58,250 nt of DNA from an uncultured Fibrobacterales bacterium (GTDB lineage: Bacteria > Fibrobacterota > Fibrobacteria > Fibrobacterales > CAWVXU01), in assembly GCA_963934255.1 (NCBI GenBank), contig CAWVXU010000007.1, positions 1 through 58,250 on the forward strand. Direction: 5' to 3'. Positions 18,097 through 27,656 of this stretch are shown here, piece by piece. The notes beneath the pieces are model-generated. The model was not told where the DNA came from, did no database searches, and saw only the letters and a program-made list of their open reading frames with translations. A program made the position numbers and the translations under genes. Positions within the stretch are counted from its first letter, which is position 1. Each line of letters starts with the position of its first letter.

Positions 18097-20019
18097 TTAT
18101 TCGTCGTCATCTTCATCGTCATCTTCCTCGTAATCAGCAGACGATGCGCTTAAAGCTTCTTCTAAGGTGGTTATGCCTTCCATTGCTTTTTGAATTCCGT
18201 CCATTCTCAATGTATAAAGCCCTATAGTATTAATAGCATAAGCCTTTAATTCATCAGTTGTGGCTTGTTTTAACACTAATTCTCTGAAGCCCTCGTCAGG
18301 AACTAAATATTCTATAAGTGGAGCACGTCCCTTCATCCCAGACCCGTCACACCTTTCACAACCTGCACCGCGGTAAAACACAGCATTTTGATCAACACGC
18401 AGTCGTTTTTTTAGTTTTGGGTGAATTTGAGTTTCTGTACGACAATTTTTACAAACACGACGAACTAACCTTTGAGCCAATACACCCTTAACAGCCGAAG
18501 TCACTAAGAAGGGCTCGAGCCCCATATCAAGCAGACGCGGGAAGCTACCACAAGTGTCATTAGTGTGAAGAGTAGACAACACTAAGTGACCAGTCAATGC
18601 AGATTCAATAGCCATGCCTGCCGTCTCCTCATCTCGCATCTCACCAATCAACATAATGTCAGGATCCTGACGAAGCAAGGCTCTAATACCTGCAGCAAAA
18701 GTAAAGCCCGCAGCAGCATTAATCTGCCCCTGATTGACACCTTCTAAATTCAACTCAACAGGGTCTTCCATCGTGGAAATATTCACTTTTGGAGAATTGA
18801 TTTCACGAATACAAGCATAGAGGGTCGTAGATTTACCTGAGCCAGTAGGGCCAGTTACTAAGCATATGCCATTTGGCATATTAATTGTTTTACGGAGGGC
18901 TTTTAAAGATTTCTTATAAATGCCCATATCATCCAAGCCAAAAGCATTGCCGTCTGGGTCAAGAATACGCATCACGATTTTCTCAGTTACCCCCCGCTTT
19001 CTGAGCATACAAGGGAAAGAAGAAACACGAAGGTCGACCTCCTTGCCTCTAAAACGAATAGTAAATCGACCATCTAATGGTTTCCGCTTTTCAGCAATAT
19101 CCATTTTAGAAAGAATCTTGAGACGAGAAATAATTTGACTCATGAGTTTACCAGGGATGGGAGGCTTGACCATTAACTCACCATCAATCCGATATCTTAG
19201 TTGCAGGTATGTTTCCTGTGGCTCAAGATGAATATCAGATGCACCAACAGAAATTGCTTCGTTAACAATTGAATTCACAATTTTAACTACTTGCTGGCCT
19301 TCTTCATCACTCAGTTCAATTTCATTTTCTTGACTATCGTCTTCGATTGTTTCTAGATCTGCATCAGAATCAGAATCCATTAAAAGAGAAGAAAGCGACT
19401 CAGCATCAATGCCATAGACCTTTTCAAGTGCAGCAACAATGTCTTTAGTCGTTGACATCACAGGATCGACTTCTAATTGAGTCTTGAATTTGATATGGTC
19501 AATTGTTCTTAAATTTGTTGGATCGGCCATCGCCACTGTAAGAACCTTATATTTACGATAAAGCGGTACAACTTTATGAGTACGTGCCATTTCCTCGGGA
19601 ATAAGGGCCGCTGCCCCCAGGTCAAAAGTGAAACTTCCTAACTTAACTTGAGGAATTTCCAATTGAGCAGAGAGAACATCTAAAATTTTACTCTCAGAAA
19701 TCGTATTTGCATCAACTAAACAGGTACCTAGTTTTTTGCCCGTTGTTTTTTGCATATCAAGTGCAGAATTAACTTCTTCTTTTGTAACAAAGCCTTGATC
19801 TATAAGGATGTCGCCAATTCGCTTCTTTTTTTTAAGTTTAATTTGAGCACCCAAAATGCCGGTCAAAGTTTCTTCACTGACAAATCCAAGAAGAACAATA
19901 ATCTTACCAAGCATCATACCTGTTCGATTATGTTCAGCTAAGGCATGCTCTAACTGATCTTCATTGATCATATTTTGAGCAAGTAGTAATTCACCAATTT
20001 TTTGTCGACTACTAGTCAT
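18097..20019 (-). CDS. pilB: PilB/GspE-family assembly ATPase with tandem N-terminal MshEN motifs
   Basis: GASDIHLEP, Walker A GPTGSGKST, LRQDPDIMLIGEMRD, His box STLHTND and CxxC...CxxC; acidic tail. Confidence 0.88.
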   Translation of the reverse strand: MTSSRQKIGELLLAQNMINEDQLEHALAEHNRTGMMLGKIIVLLGFVSEETLTGILGAQIKLKKKKRIGDILIDQGFVTKEEVNSALDMQKTTGKKLGTCLVDANTISESKILDVLSAQLEIPQVKLGSFTFDLGAAALIPEEMARTHKVVPLYRKYKVLTVAMADPTNLRTIDHIKFKTQLEVDPVMSTTKDIVAALEKVYGIDAESLSSLLMDSDSDADLETIEDDSQENEIELSDEEGQQVVKIVNSIVNEAISVGASDIHLEPQETYLQLRYRIDGELMVKPPIPGKLMSQIISRLKILSKMDIAEKRKPLDGRFTIRFRGKEVDLRVSSFPCMLRKRGVTEKIVMRILDPDGNAFGLDDMGIYKKSLKALRKTINMPNGICLVTGPTGSGKSTTLYACIREINSPKVNISTMEDPVELNLEGVNQGQINAAAGFTFAAGIRALLRQDPDIMLIGEMRDEETAGMAIESALTGHLVLSTLHTNDTCGSFPRLLDMGLEPFLVTSAVKGVLAQRLVRRVCKNCRTETQIHPKLKKRLRVDQNAVFYRGAGCERCDGSGMKGRAPLIEYLVPDEGFRELVLKQATTDELKAYAINTIGLYTLRMDGIQKAMEGITTLEEALSASSADYEEDDDEDDDE

Positions 20020-20044
20020 AATTAGTTATCAATTACCTTGTAGA

Positions 20045-21004
20045 TTAAAAGTGTGAAAACCCATTGTCATTTAATGTATAAATTATACCATTTTCTTGTG
20101 TCATTTCAATAGAATTTCCCACAACGACTGTACCTATTTGGTAAAAATTTCTATCAGAAGATAAGTATTCATTTAGGGCATAACTTGCCGGCAAACAATA
20201 AACTGAGAAATACTCTTCCCCTGAATTCAAAAACAGAGTTAACTGTTCATCATGCGAGAGAGACTCAGTATATTTCGGATATTTAAACATTTTTTCATTT
20301 AATAAAACTCCGACACCTGACAGAGAAGATATCTCCTTTAAACACGCTATTAAACCATCAGATAAATCCATTGCACTGACTCTACCTTGAAGCTTTAACA
20401 ACTCTAATTGAAGCTCTAAATCTATAGATGGATTCAAATGATAATCTATAGAATCATCATGATGTTCTCCTTTTTTAAGCAAATTAAGGCCCATTTGAGA
20501 TAAACCAGGCTTTCCTGATAAATAAATCAAATCTCCAACATGGGCATTGCTACGTAAAAATGGCTTATCTTCAATATTACCTAGTGCTGTGATTGAAATG
20601 ACTAGCGATTCTCCCTTTGTCGTGTCCCCTCCTAGTAAGGTGAGGGAAAACTCTTGAGATAAGGACGAAAGAATTTTATCAAACTCCACTAAATGTTCTA
20701 AATCTTCCTGAGTTAAAACTAGACCCACCAACCAAGAATGAGGATTTGCACCCATCGAAAATAAATCGCTTAAGTTGGATATCAGACATTTACGTATAAT
20801 CTGGGCGTAATTTGACCATTCTCTTTTGAAATGAGTGCCTTCAACGCTTAAATCCTTAACTAAACAAAGCTTTTTCGTTTGTGGATTAATAACGCACCCA
20901 TCATCACCTAATGGTATATTTACAACAATTGATTGATTGACATTAGAATGCTTAGCTAAGCTCTGATGCCATTGGTTTTCACTGAGGAGATTTTTAGCTT
21001 TCAT
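20045..21004 (-). CDS. thiL: Thiamine-monophosphate kinase
   Basis: GDDG, VEGTHF, SNLSDLFSMGA, GGDT, DLSDGL and GEEY motifs. Confidence 0.9.
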   Translation of the reverse strand: MKAKNLLSENQWHQSLAKHSNVNQSIVVNIPLGDDGCVINPQTKKLCLVKDLSVEGTHFKREWSNYAQIIRKCLISNLSDLFSMGANPHSWLVGLVLTQEDLEHLVEFDKILSSLSQEFSLTLLGGDTTKGESLVISITALGNIEDKPFLRSNAHVGDLIYLSGKPGLSQMGLNLLKKGEHHDDSIDYHLNPSIDLELQLELLKLQGRVSAMDLSDGLIACLKEISSLSGVGVLLNEKMFKYPKYTESLSHDEQLTLFLNSGEEYFSVYCLPASYALNEYLSSDRNFYQIGTVVVGNSIEMTQENGIIYTLNDNGFSHF

Positions 21005-21061
21005 ACTTCAAACTTATATATTTTTCTATACTTATTTTGTGATTGTTTGCACGGAGAAAAA

Positions 21062-21493
21062 ATGATCGGACCAATAATACTTATAGCAAAGTCCAATAAA
21101 GAATCAGAAATTCTTTCACACTGGACTATCAATTGGCTGAAGGAAAACAACGTCGCTATTGAGCCCACAGTTTATTTGTGTTCGTCTTTAGAGCAAGCTG
21201 AAAAGTCAATTAGTGCGCCCCTAAAAAGAGCCAATCCACCTTCTTTTATCATACTAGACCATGATTTGAATCCCAACCTAATGGTTCCTTTTGCCTTTAA
21301 GTTAAGACAAACACTCCCCGAAACATGGATTTTAGAATTATTACGGGATCAAAATAAAGTTCCCGTACACAAAGACAGTTTTATTCTGCCCAAACCTTTT
21401 GCGCAAAAAGAATGGGTTGAGATACTTTCGCACCTATTTAGTACAGCTACGACCCCTCAATGGTCAAGAGCAATTGCCGCGAGTAATATTTAG
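21062..21493 (+). CDS. Atypical single-domain response-regulator receiver-like protein
   Basis: Start moved to ATG 21062 (GGAG RBS). FIILDHDL (beta3 Asp) and ILPKPF present; acidic pair after beta1 absent. Confidence 0.6.
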   Translation: MIGPIILIAKSNKESEILSHWTINWLKENNVAIEPTVYLCSSLEQAEKSISAPLKRANPPSFIILDHDLNPNLMVPFAFKLRQTLPETWILELLRDQNKVPVHKDSFILPKPFAQKEWVEILSHLFSTATTPQWSRAIAASNI

Positions 21494-21506
21494 ACTAGGA
21501 TACCCC

Positions 21507-22532
21507 ATGACCCTAAAAACTGGTGTCTCATATTTTGGCGTAAGAAATCCTGAATATGTAAAAGTTGATTTACAAATTATTGCTTCATTAGGTTATACGC
21601 ATATACTACACACTTTCTCAGAAGAAGATATGGAGTATTACCAAGAAAGTGTCCGTGAAATTATCAAGAAGTCATCCGCTTATGGACTTAAAGTCTATGT
21701 GAGCCCCTGGGGCGTTGGACGTGTTTTTGGCGGTGAAGCATTTTCTGAATTTGCAGCTAGAAACCATGATAGTGCTCAAAAAAACAACCTTGACCGTCCA
21801 CTCGTTGCATCCTGCCCCAATTCTCCAAAGTTCAGAGAATATATGCACCACTGGATTGATCTAGTCTGTTCAATGGAAATAGAGACAGTATTTTGGGATG
21901 AGCCTCATTTTTTCTTTGACCCTGACTTCCCTGACGAATGGGCTTGTTCTTGTTATACTTGCCAGAAGAAATTTCGACAGGCTTACAACCATAGTATGCC
22001 ATCTTCTATCACTAAGTCTATTCAAGAGTTTAGAGCTAATTCACTTTATGATTTTCTTGAAGACATGACTCAAAAAGTCCGTGGTCACGGGAAAAGAAAT
22101 ACATTGTGCCTACATAGAAAAGATCATAAAAACGAACATGACAATTGGGAACAATTATCGAAACTCCCATATGTGGATGAATTGAGTACTGACCCTTCTT
22201 GGAAAAAAGGAGCTAGAACTACGGAAATTTCGCAAAATTACCATAAAACTTCACAATATTTAAAAGAACTGTCTATTCGTGAGAATAAAGAGGCTCAAAT
22301 ATGGGTCAAAAATTACAACATACTCAAAAATAACGAGGACAGTGTAGTCGCAGCAACCTATGCCGCATATAATGAAGGTATTGAAAATATATTTAGCTGG
22401 TCATACTTAGGATCTCAATATCTTTCTAAACTCAAAAGCGATGATCCAGAAAAAGTTTGGGTATTGCAAACGGATGCCTTTGATGAGATTCGTTTGAAAT
22501 ACGAAGAAAAAAATAAGCCATCTAAAGTATAG
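21507..22532 (+). CDS. Cytoplasmic TIM-barrel glycoside-hydrolase-like protein with CxCxxC motif
   Basis: Start at ATG 21507 (AGGA RBS). GVSYFG, FWDEPH and WACSCYTC resemble GH42/GH-A-like proteins; no signal peptide. Confidence 0.55.
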   Translation: MTLKTGVSYFGVRNPEYVKVDLQIIASLGYTHILHTFSEEDMEYYQESVREIIKKSSAYGLKVYVSPWGVGRVFGGEAFSEFAARNHDSAQKNNLDRPLVASCPNSPKFREYMHHWIDLVCSMEIETVFWDEPHFFFDPDFPDEWACSCYTCQKKFRQAYNHSMPSSITKSIQEFRANSLYDFLEDMTQKVRGHGKRNTLCLHRKDHKNEHDNWEQLSKLPYVDELSTDPSWKKGARTTEISQNYHKTSQYLKELSIRENKEAQIWVKNYNILKNNEDSVVAATYAAYNEGIENIFSWSYLGSQYLSKLKSDDPEKVWVLQTDAFDEIRLKYEEKNKPSKV

Positions 22533-22540
22533 ATGGCTTA
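22507..22540. terminator. Hairpin between convergent genes (terminator for the pil operon, possibly bidirectional)
   Basis: TAAGCCATCTA / TAGATGGCTTA 11-bp stem; upstream A-run gives a U-tract on the minus strand; overlaps the TAG of the + gene. Confidence 0.75.
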
Positions 22541-22569
22541 TCTTAATGAAACGTTAATTGAAAAAGTTC

Positions 22570-23955
22570 TTATTGTTTTACAGTTTCAACACTTTTTTGT
22601 GTCTCTATCGGTTCTACTAATTTTTCAGTCAGAGATGTTGATTTGGAGACACTCGCCTTTTTCACAATACTTTTTAAAATATGCGGTGTAACAAATATAA
22701 TCAAATCTTTTTTGGCAATCTCAGTTCTAGTTGATTTGAATAAAAACCCTAAAAGTGGTATGTCTTTAAGAAAAGGAATACCGGCTTCAACTTCGTACTC
22801 TTGATTTGAAGTCAGTCCTGCAATCACTACTGTTTCCCCATCATAAACGACCACTTCAGTCTCAGCTTCTTGACGCTGGATGACTAATTGATTTTGAGCA
22901 TCTAAACTAAACGAATTATTCTCTGGTTTCAACTCTAAGCGAATTCGGTTATCTTGAGTTATATGAGGAGTTACAGTTAATGAAATCCCGGCTTCTTGAG
23001 TTTGAAAAGCAGCAACACCTTTATCATCCACCGTGCGGACAGATTTCTCTTCACCCATAAACACTTTAGCTTGAACATGGTCTAAAGTCGAAATTTGAGG
23101 TGAAGCTAAAACTTCTGACTTTTCATCTCTTAACATCTGAGCTAAAGTCAAAGTTATGTCGCCCTGTAAAAGCCCTGTATAAATATTGCCACCCGTTGGA
23201 GCCAAAGGAACGCCTAATGGAGTTGAGACGATTTGAGCTGCATTACGAGAGCTACCAGCTAGATTACCAAGAGCAGGGCTTCCGCTACCTACCTGAGTTG
23301 TCCAATCAACACCTAGAGTTCTTAATAATTTAGAGTCTACTACAACTAGTTTCGCTGTAATGGCAACTTGTTTAGTTTCTACGTCTAAACTAGCAATCAT
23401 TAATTCAAGCTTTTTCATCTTACTTGCAGTTGCCGAAACGACAAGTGCATTATTTCTAGATATAGTTGAAACAGTGCCTTTAGTTCCTTTCAGTAGATCC
23501 CTAGCTAACTTTTCCATTTCCGTAAGTTCAGCATTATTTAGATAGATAATCTTTTCATATAGTACTGCGTTATTCTCTTCTTTTTTAATACGCGTAGCCT
23601 CATCATCTAATTTTTTCTCATGCTCAGCTTTAGTTTGAACGAAAAGATATTTATCTTCAACAATCCAATGAAGGTCGTAGAGATTGCAAACAATTTCGAT
23701 GACTTCTTGCCACGTTTTTTGAGTTACATGCAATGAAATCCCCTTCATTCTAGTTACCATTGGTGAGGGAACAATGTCAACTTCTGCAGCCGCACCAATA
23801 GCCATAAAGACCGATTGAGCTGACATAGAAACAAAACTAAAATTGTATCTAACTAATTCTACATCAGACTTTGTTTCAGAATATTTATTCTCTCCTTGAG
23901 AATAACCAAAGGAAAACAGGGTTAGCAACAAAATAACTATTATTGATTTTTTCAT
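22570..23955 (-). CDS. pilQ: Type IV pilus secretin
   Basis: Signal peptide, N0/N3-like domains, LASPQISTLDH, LTVTPHI, GETVVIAGL, IPFLKDIPLLGFLFK and IFVTPHI motifs. Confidence 0.92.
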   Translation of the reverse strand: MKKSIIVILLLTLFSFGYSQGENKYSETKSDVELVRYNFSFVSMSAQSVFMAIGAAAEVDIVPSPMVTRMKGISLHVTQKTWQEVIEIVCNLYDLHWIVEDKYLFVQTKAEHEKKLDDEATRIKKEENNAVLYEKIIYLNNAELTEMEKLARDLLKGTKGTVSTISRNNALVVSATASKMKKLELMIASLDVETKQVAITAKLVVVDSKLLRTLGVDWTTQVGSGSPALGNLAGSSRNAAQIVSTPLGVPLAPTGGNIYTGLLQGDITLTLAQMLRDEKSEVLASPQISTLDHVQAKVFMGEEKSVRTVDDKGVAAFQTQEAGISLTVTPHITQDNRIRLELKPENNSFSLDAQNQLVIQRQEAETEVVVYDGETVVIAGLTSNQEYEVEAGIPFLKDIPLLGFLFKSTRTEIAKKDLIIFVTPHILKSIVKKASVSKSTSLTEKLVEPIETQKSVETVKQ

Positions 23956-25142
23956 TTTTTACTCTCATCTTCTAATCCTGGAAGTTGCATTGCGAATCTT
24001 CTAGTCATACCAAATTCAGTTAATTCAAATATTACTTCACGTGGTGTAATTTTAAACACCTTACCATTTTGAATAGGGTCATTTTCTTTTAAAGTATAAG
24101 ATGCCCCACTGCCATTAACGTCTTCTAGTATCACTATCGGGTTTTGATCTTCCCATATAATACCAACAATTCTCACAGCATCAATGTTCATTCCTTGATC
24201 AATTGTGTCAAAGAATGGTAAAAATGGATCTTTTTTACCAAACGAAGCATACTTGTATGTTTTGTTGTCTAATTTGATTTCCTTGTTCAATTCCTTTTTT
24301 ATTAGCCCTTGTTTAGACTTATTTTTCTCTTCAGATGGAAGTTGAGGATTTTGTGGATTTTTTTTCTTTTCAACCAAACTTAGAGCCAAGCTTTTGAGTT
24401 TGGCTTCTTCAGAAATTGAAAGCGAAGAGTAACTTTTCAATGCCTTGGAGTTAATTAAATAACGTTTAGACTTATATTGGATAAGAGTATTTTTATTCCC
24501 TCTTTCAACTTGGATAACTTTTTCTCCTGGCATAATTTTTGAAATCACTTTTTTAGAATTTGGATTTAACAACTCACTTTTAACAAGAGTTACCTTATCA
24601 ATTTTTGAAGGTTTTAAAACAAAAAGATGTTCCGGATTCAATTGATTCTTAGGGATTTTATTGGCAAAATTTTCCAATAATTCAGCGTCGTTCTTTTCAG
24701 GCTTAGTTCCTAGCGTATGATTGGTTGACACAAGCTTTGAAATAGTTTTTTTTGATAGTTTGGATTTGGATTTCCACGAAATAACAAAGATGTTTTCCTT
24801 TAAACTTTCTTGCAAGGTGTTGGGTTCAATATGCAAACCATCAATATTTATTTCTATTGCGTTGACTCCACCTACAGATGACTCTTTAATTACAAGTTTC
24901 TTATCTGTTTTTAATTGATACGACCCATTTTTCAGAATACTTGGGGTTTTCTCTATATACAAGCTCAATTTTGATTTTTTTACTTCAAAAAAGTACCCAG
25001 GGAGATTGTTGTCAGTTTTAAACTGTGTTTTTAATTGACAATGTGCTTTTTTACACTCAATACTCATCTCTCTTAGCTCATTAGCTTGCAGGCTAGAAGT
25101 AACTAAAACTAAAGCAAAGAATATGATTTTAACAGTCTTCAT
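23952..25142 (-). CDS. Extended PilP-like protein (N-terminal extra periplasmic domains + C-terminal PilP domain)
   Basis: Occupies the pilP slot. C-terminal YASFGKKDPF...RIVGIIW...YTLKENDPIQNGKVFKITPREVIF; cleavable signal peptide without a lipobox. Confidence 0.7.
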   Translation of the reverse strand: MKTVKIIFFALVLVTSSLQANELREMSIECKKAHCQLKTQFKTDNNLPGYFFEVKKSKLSLYIEKTPSILKNGSYQLKTDKKLVIKESSVGGVNAIEINIDGLHIEPNTLQESLKENIFVISWKSKSKLSKKTISKLVSTNHTLGTKPEKNDAELLENFANKIPKNQLNPEHLFVLKPSKIDKVTLVKSELLNPNSKKVISKIMPGEKVIQVERGNKNTLIQYKSKRYLINSKALKSYSSLSISEEAKLKSLALSLVEKKKNPQNPQLPSEEKNKSKQGLIKKELNKEIKLDNKTYKYASFGKKDPFLPFFDTIDQGMNIDAVRIVGIIWEDQNPIVILEDVNGSGASYTLKENDPIQNGKVFKITPREVIFELTEFGMTRRFAMQLPGLEDESKK

Positions 25143-25143
25143 T

Positions 25144-25842
25144 TTATTTCTTTCCTTTTCTATTTTTTGTTTTAGACTTTTTAGTTGTTGCCTTCAGTGG
25201 AACTTCACTTGTTGCCCTAGATGTAAAAGTTGTTAGACGAAGTTTAATCATCAATGTTTTAGGGATTTGGCCAGTCACTTCCGAATTATCCATCTCCGCA
25301 CTTAAGCCATTTGTCACACTCAACTTTAAATTATCAACTCGAGTAGGGTAATCAAAATTAGCAACGTGGGCAAAAAAATCACCTAGACTGTGATAGCCAG
25401 ACTTAAGACTTAATTGATAATAGTTTTCTTGATAATAAGCTTTTGGGTCATCCCAATTAATTTTACCCTTGATTTTAGGGACATTACCACCCCCACCAGA
25501 AGGTTTAAATGAGTCAACATCAATATTAGCTTGTCTGAATACAGTATAAAGATCCCTCAGCCTTTTAGTGACGTCTTCAAGATCTGGAAACATTTTTTGT
25601 AATGTTTTTAATTCTTCTTCCGCAGTCTTGAGTTGACTATCTAATTGAATTTCTACTTTTTTTTTCGCTTTGAGGGAGTTTATTTCAAGGGTATTCTTGT
25701 CAACTTTAATTTGTAATGCTTTTTTTTCTTGGTTAACTTCTTCAAATATGAAAAACCATGAGTAGCTACTTGCTCCAAGGCCAAGAAGTAGAGTCACAGT
25801 CATGAAAATATTGAGAGGGTCTTTAGGGTTAAAATTATTCAT
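25144..25842 (-). CDS. pilO: Type IV pilus alignment protein PilO
   Basis: TM, coiled coil and GYHSLGDFFAHVANF motif; operon position. Confidence 0.82.
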   Translation of the reverse strand: MNNFNPKDPLNIFMTVTLLLGLGASSYSWFFIFEEVNQEKKALQIKVDKNTLEINSLKAKKKVEIQLDSQLKTAEEELKTLQKMFPDLEDVTKRLRDLYTVFRQANIDVDSFKPSGGGGNVPKIKGKINWDDPKAYYQENYYQLSLKSGYHSLGDFFAHVANFDYPTRVDNLKLSVTNGLSAEMDNSEVTGQIPKTLMIKLRLTTFTSRATSEVPLKATTKKSKTKNRKGKK

Positions 25843-26462
25843 TTCCTCCCCTTTACTTTAGACTTTGATTTATTTGTAGATGATTTTGATTTTGCTCCCA
25901 GTTCAGGATTTACACCGACTGAAAGGTCAAAACTAAAAGCCTGCTTTGATTCAAATTGAATATTTTTAATACCAAGTAACTTAACGCTAACAAAAGCATG
26001 TTGTTTCTCTAAGTCAACCATAAATTGAGCAATGTCAGCAAACTGTAGAGTACTTGCTTTGATTGATACTGATGCCTCACCTTTTTGAGTGACTGATTTG
26101 AACCATGTACTTGAAGGCACAATAGATGACAAATCTTGGAAAATATTGATCCATCTAGTTTTTGAGAATTGGATTCCTTCGAGTGCTTTGTTTTTTTTGC
26201 GAATTTTATTAAGACTTTTCTTTAAGTTTTGAACTTTCAACTTAACCGGAGCTAATTTTTTAATCGTTGAAATTTGACTCGTTTCAATTTCTTTTAGAGT
26301 GGTGACTTCATCATTTAAAACAATCCAATACGATATTGAGCTCATCACCGAAGCAAATAAGAACACTAATGGCCAGACAACGCGTCTAGAACCTACCCAT
26401 GTCAAATCACCTTTTCTAACTCGATATTCAAGAGGTAGTAAATTAAGTTTAATTTCTTGCAT
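25839..26462 (-). CDS. pilN: Type IV pilus alignment protein PilN
   Basis: N-terminal LNLLP PilM-binding motif, TM, coiled coil and IVPSSTWF motif. Confidence 0.85.
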   Translation of the reverse strand: MQEIKLNLLPLEYRVRKGDLTWVGSRRVVWPLVFLFASVMSSISYWIVLNDEVTTLKEIETSQISTIKKLAPVKLKVQNLKKSLNKIRKKNKALEGIQFSKTRWINIFQDLSSIVPSSTWFKSVTQKGEASVSIKASTLQFADIAQFMVDLEKQHAFVSVKLLGIKNIQFESKQAFSFDLSVGVNPELGAKSKSSTNKSKSKVKGRK

Positions 26463-27553
26463 TAAGGTTTCCTCATTGCTAGTCCAAGCGCCACTGCGAA
26501 TCGAACTCTGTCAGAAGGCTTTAACATATACTCACCTTGGGCGAGGTTTGAATCTATTTTAATTCCATCAAAAGAATCAAGAATAGAAGCTGTGACACCT
26601 AATCTATCTGCACAAATCTGGTCTATACCTGGTATTAATGCCCCACCACCTGCTAAAATCACTTCTTCAATCACAAAACCCGGCTCTAAAGAATGGAAAT
26701 ACTTGGCTGCCGATTCAATTGACCCTCCAAGTTCACGTATGGCTTGGCCTAAGGCGTTGTTGATTTCATCACTATGCTCTGTTGGCATACCATCAAAAAC
26801 AATCTGTTTAACTTCATCTACAGTCAAACTTACTTTGCGACAAATAGTTTTCATTATGGAGATTACAGAGGCTGTTGAAATTTCACGCGTAGAGTGATAT
26901 CGGCCTTCTTTTAAGAAAGTGATATTGCCTCTTTGTTCACCTATCATTAAAATGGCTAGAACTTCAGGTTCTTTATCACGGCTTTCAATAACACGTCCAA
27001 CAGCATTTAAAAGAGCAAATACATCAACATCTAAAACAAAAGGGGAAATATTAATCTCTTTAAAAAACTCAGCTATAGTTGAAAGTGTTTGATTCTTGGC
27101 TGCAACTAATAGGACCTCTAATTCATTACGGTCGTCATCTCTATTGATTACTTTGTAGTCTAAGGTGATATTTTGTTCATCAAAAGGTGGTCTAGAGCCT
27201 GCTTCAAACAAAATAAGCTGCTCTTCTGATCCTTTGTCATGTTTCTTTAAATTGATACAATCAGCGAGAACTCCGCTACTCCAAGATAACCCAATAGCCA
27301 CATCATATTCTAAAACATGAGCTGGTAGACTTTCAATCATTCCGGTAAGAACATTTTTTAATTCTTCTGGATTGTGAATGGATCCATTAATTATAACCCC
27401 ATCATTTAATTGTGTCTCATTTATTGCCAGTACTTTATGTAATTTCAGTCTATGATGAATCAATGCCATTTTCACAGAATAATGACCAACATCAATACCA
27501 AGGGTGACACTTTCACCTTTGACTCTTGCGATAAAATTATTAATAATTGACAA
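26462..27553 (-). CDS. pilM: Type IV pilus alignment protein PilM
   Basis: LGIDVG, VLLVAAK, LDVDVFAL, LAGGGALIPGI and VALGLAMR motifs; TTG start. Confidence 0.92.
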   Translation of the reverse strand: MSIINNFIARVKGESVTLGIDVGHYSVKMALIHHRLKLHKVLAINETQLNDGVIINGSIHNPEELKNVLTGMIESLPAHVLEYDVAIGLSWSSGVLADCINLKKHDKGSEEQLILFEAGSRPPFDEQNITLDYKVINRDDDRNELEVLLVAAKNQTLSTIAEFFKEINISPFVLDVDVFALLNAVGRVIESRDKEPEVLAILMIGEQRGNITFLKEGRYHSTREISTASVISIMKTICRKVSLTVDEVKQIVFDGMPTEHSDEINNALGQAIRELGGSIESAAKYFHSLEPGFVIEEVILAGGGALIPGIDQICADRLGVTASILDSFDGIKIDSNLAQGEYMLKPSDRVRFAVALGLAMRKP

Positions 27554-27586
27554 AGCTTGATTACCCTAAGAACAACACCTACCAAA

Positions 27587-27615
27587 AGTTTAAGTTGAAT
27601 ACAAAGTTATGTCAA
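27587..27615 (-). promoter_or_regulatory. Sigma70-type promoter of pilMNOPQ
   Basis: TTGACA (27615-27610), 17-nt spacer, TAAACT (27592-27587) on the minus strand. Confidence 0.75.
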
Positions 27616-27656
27616 GATTTATTTTCATAGTTCTTTAATTTTAAAGCACTTACGAA

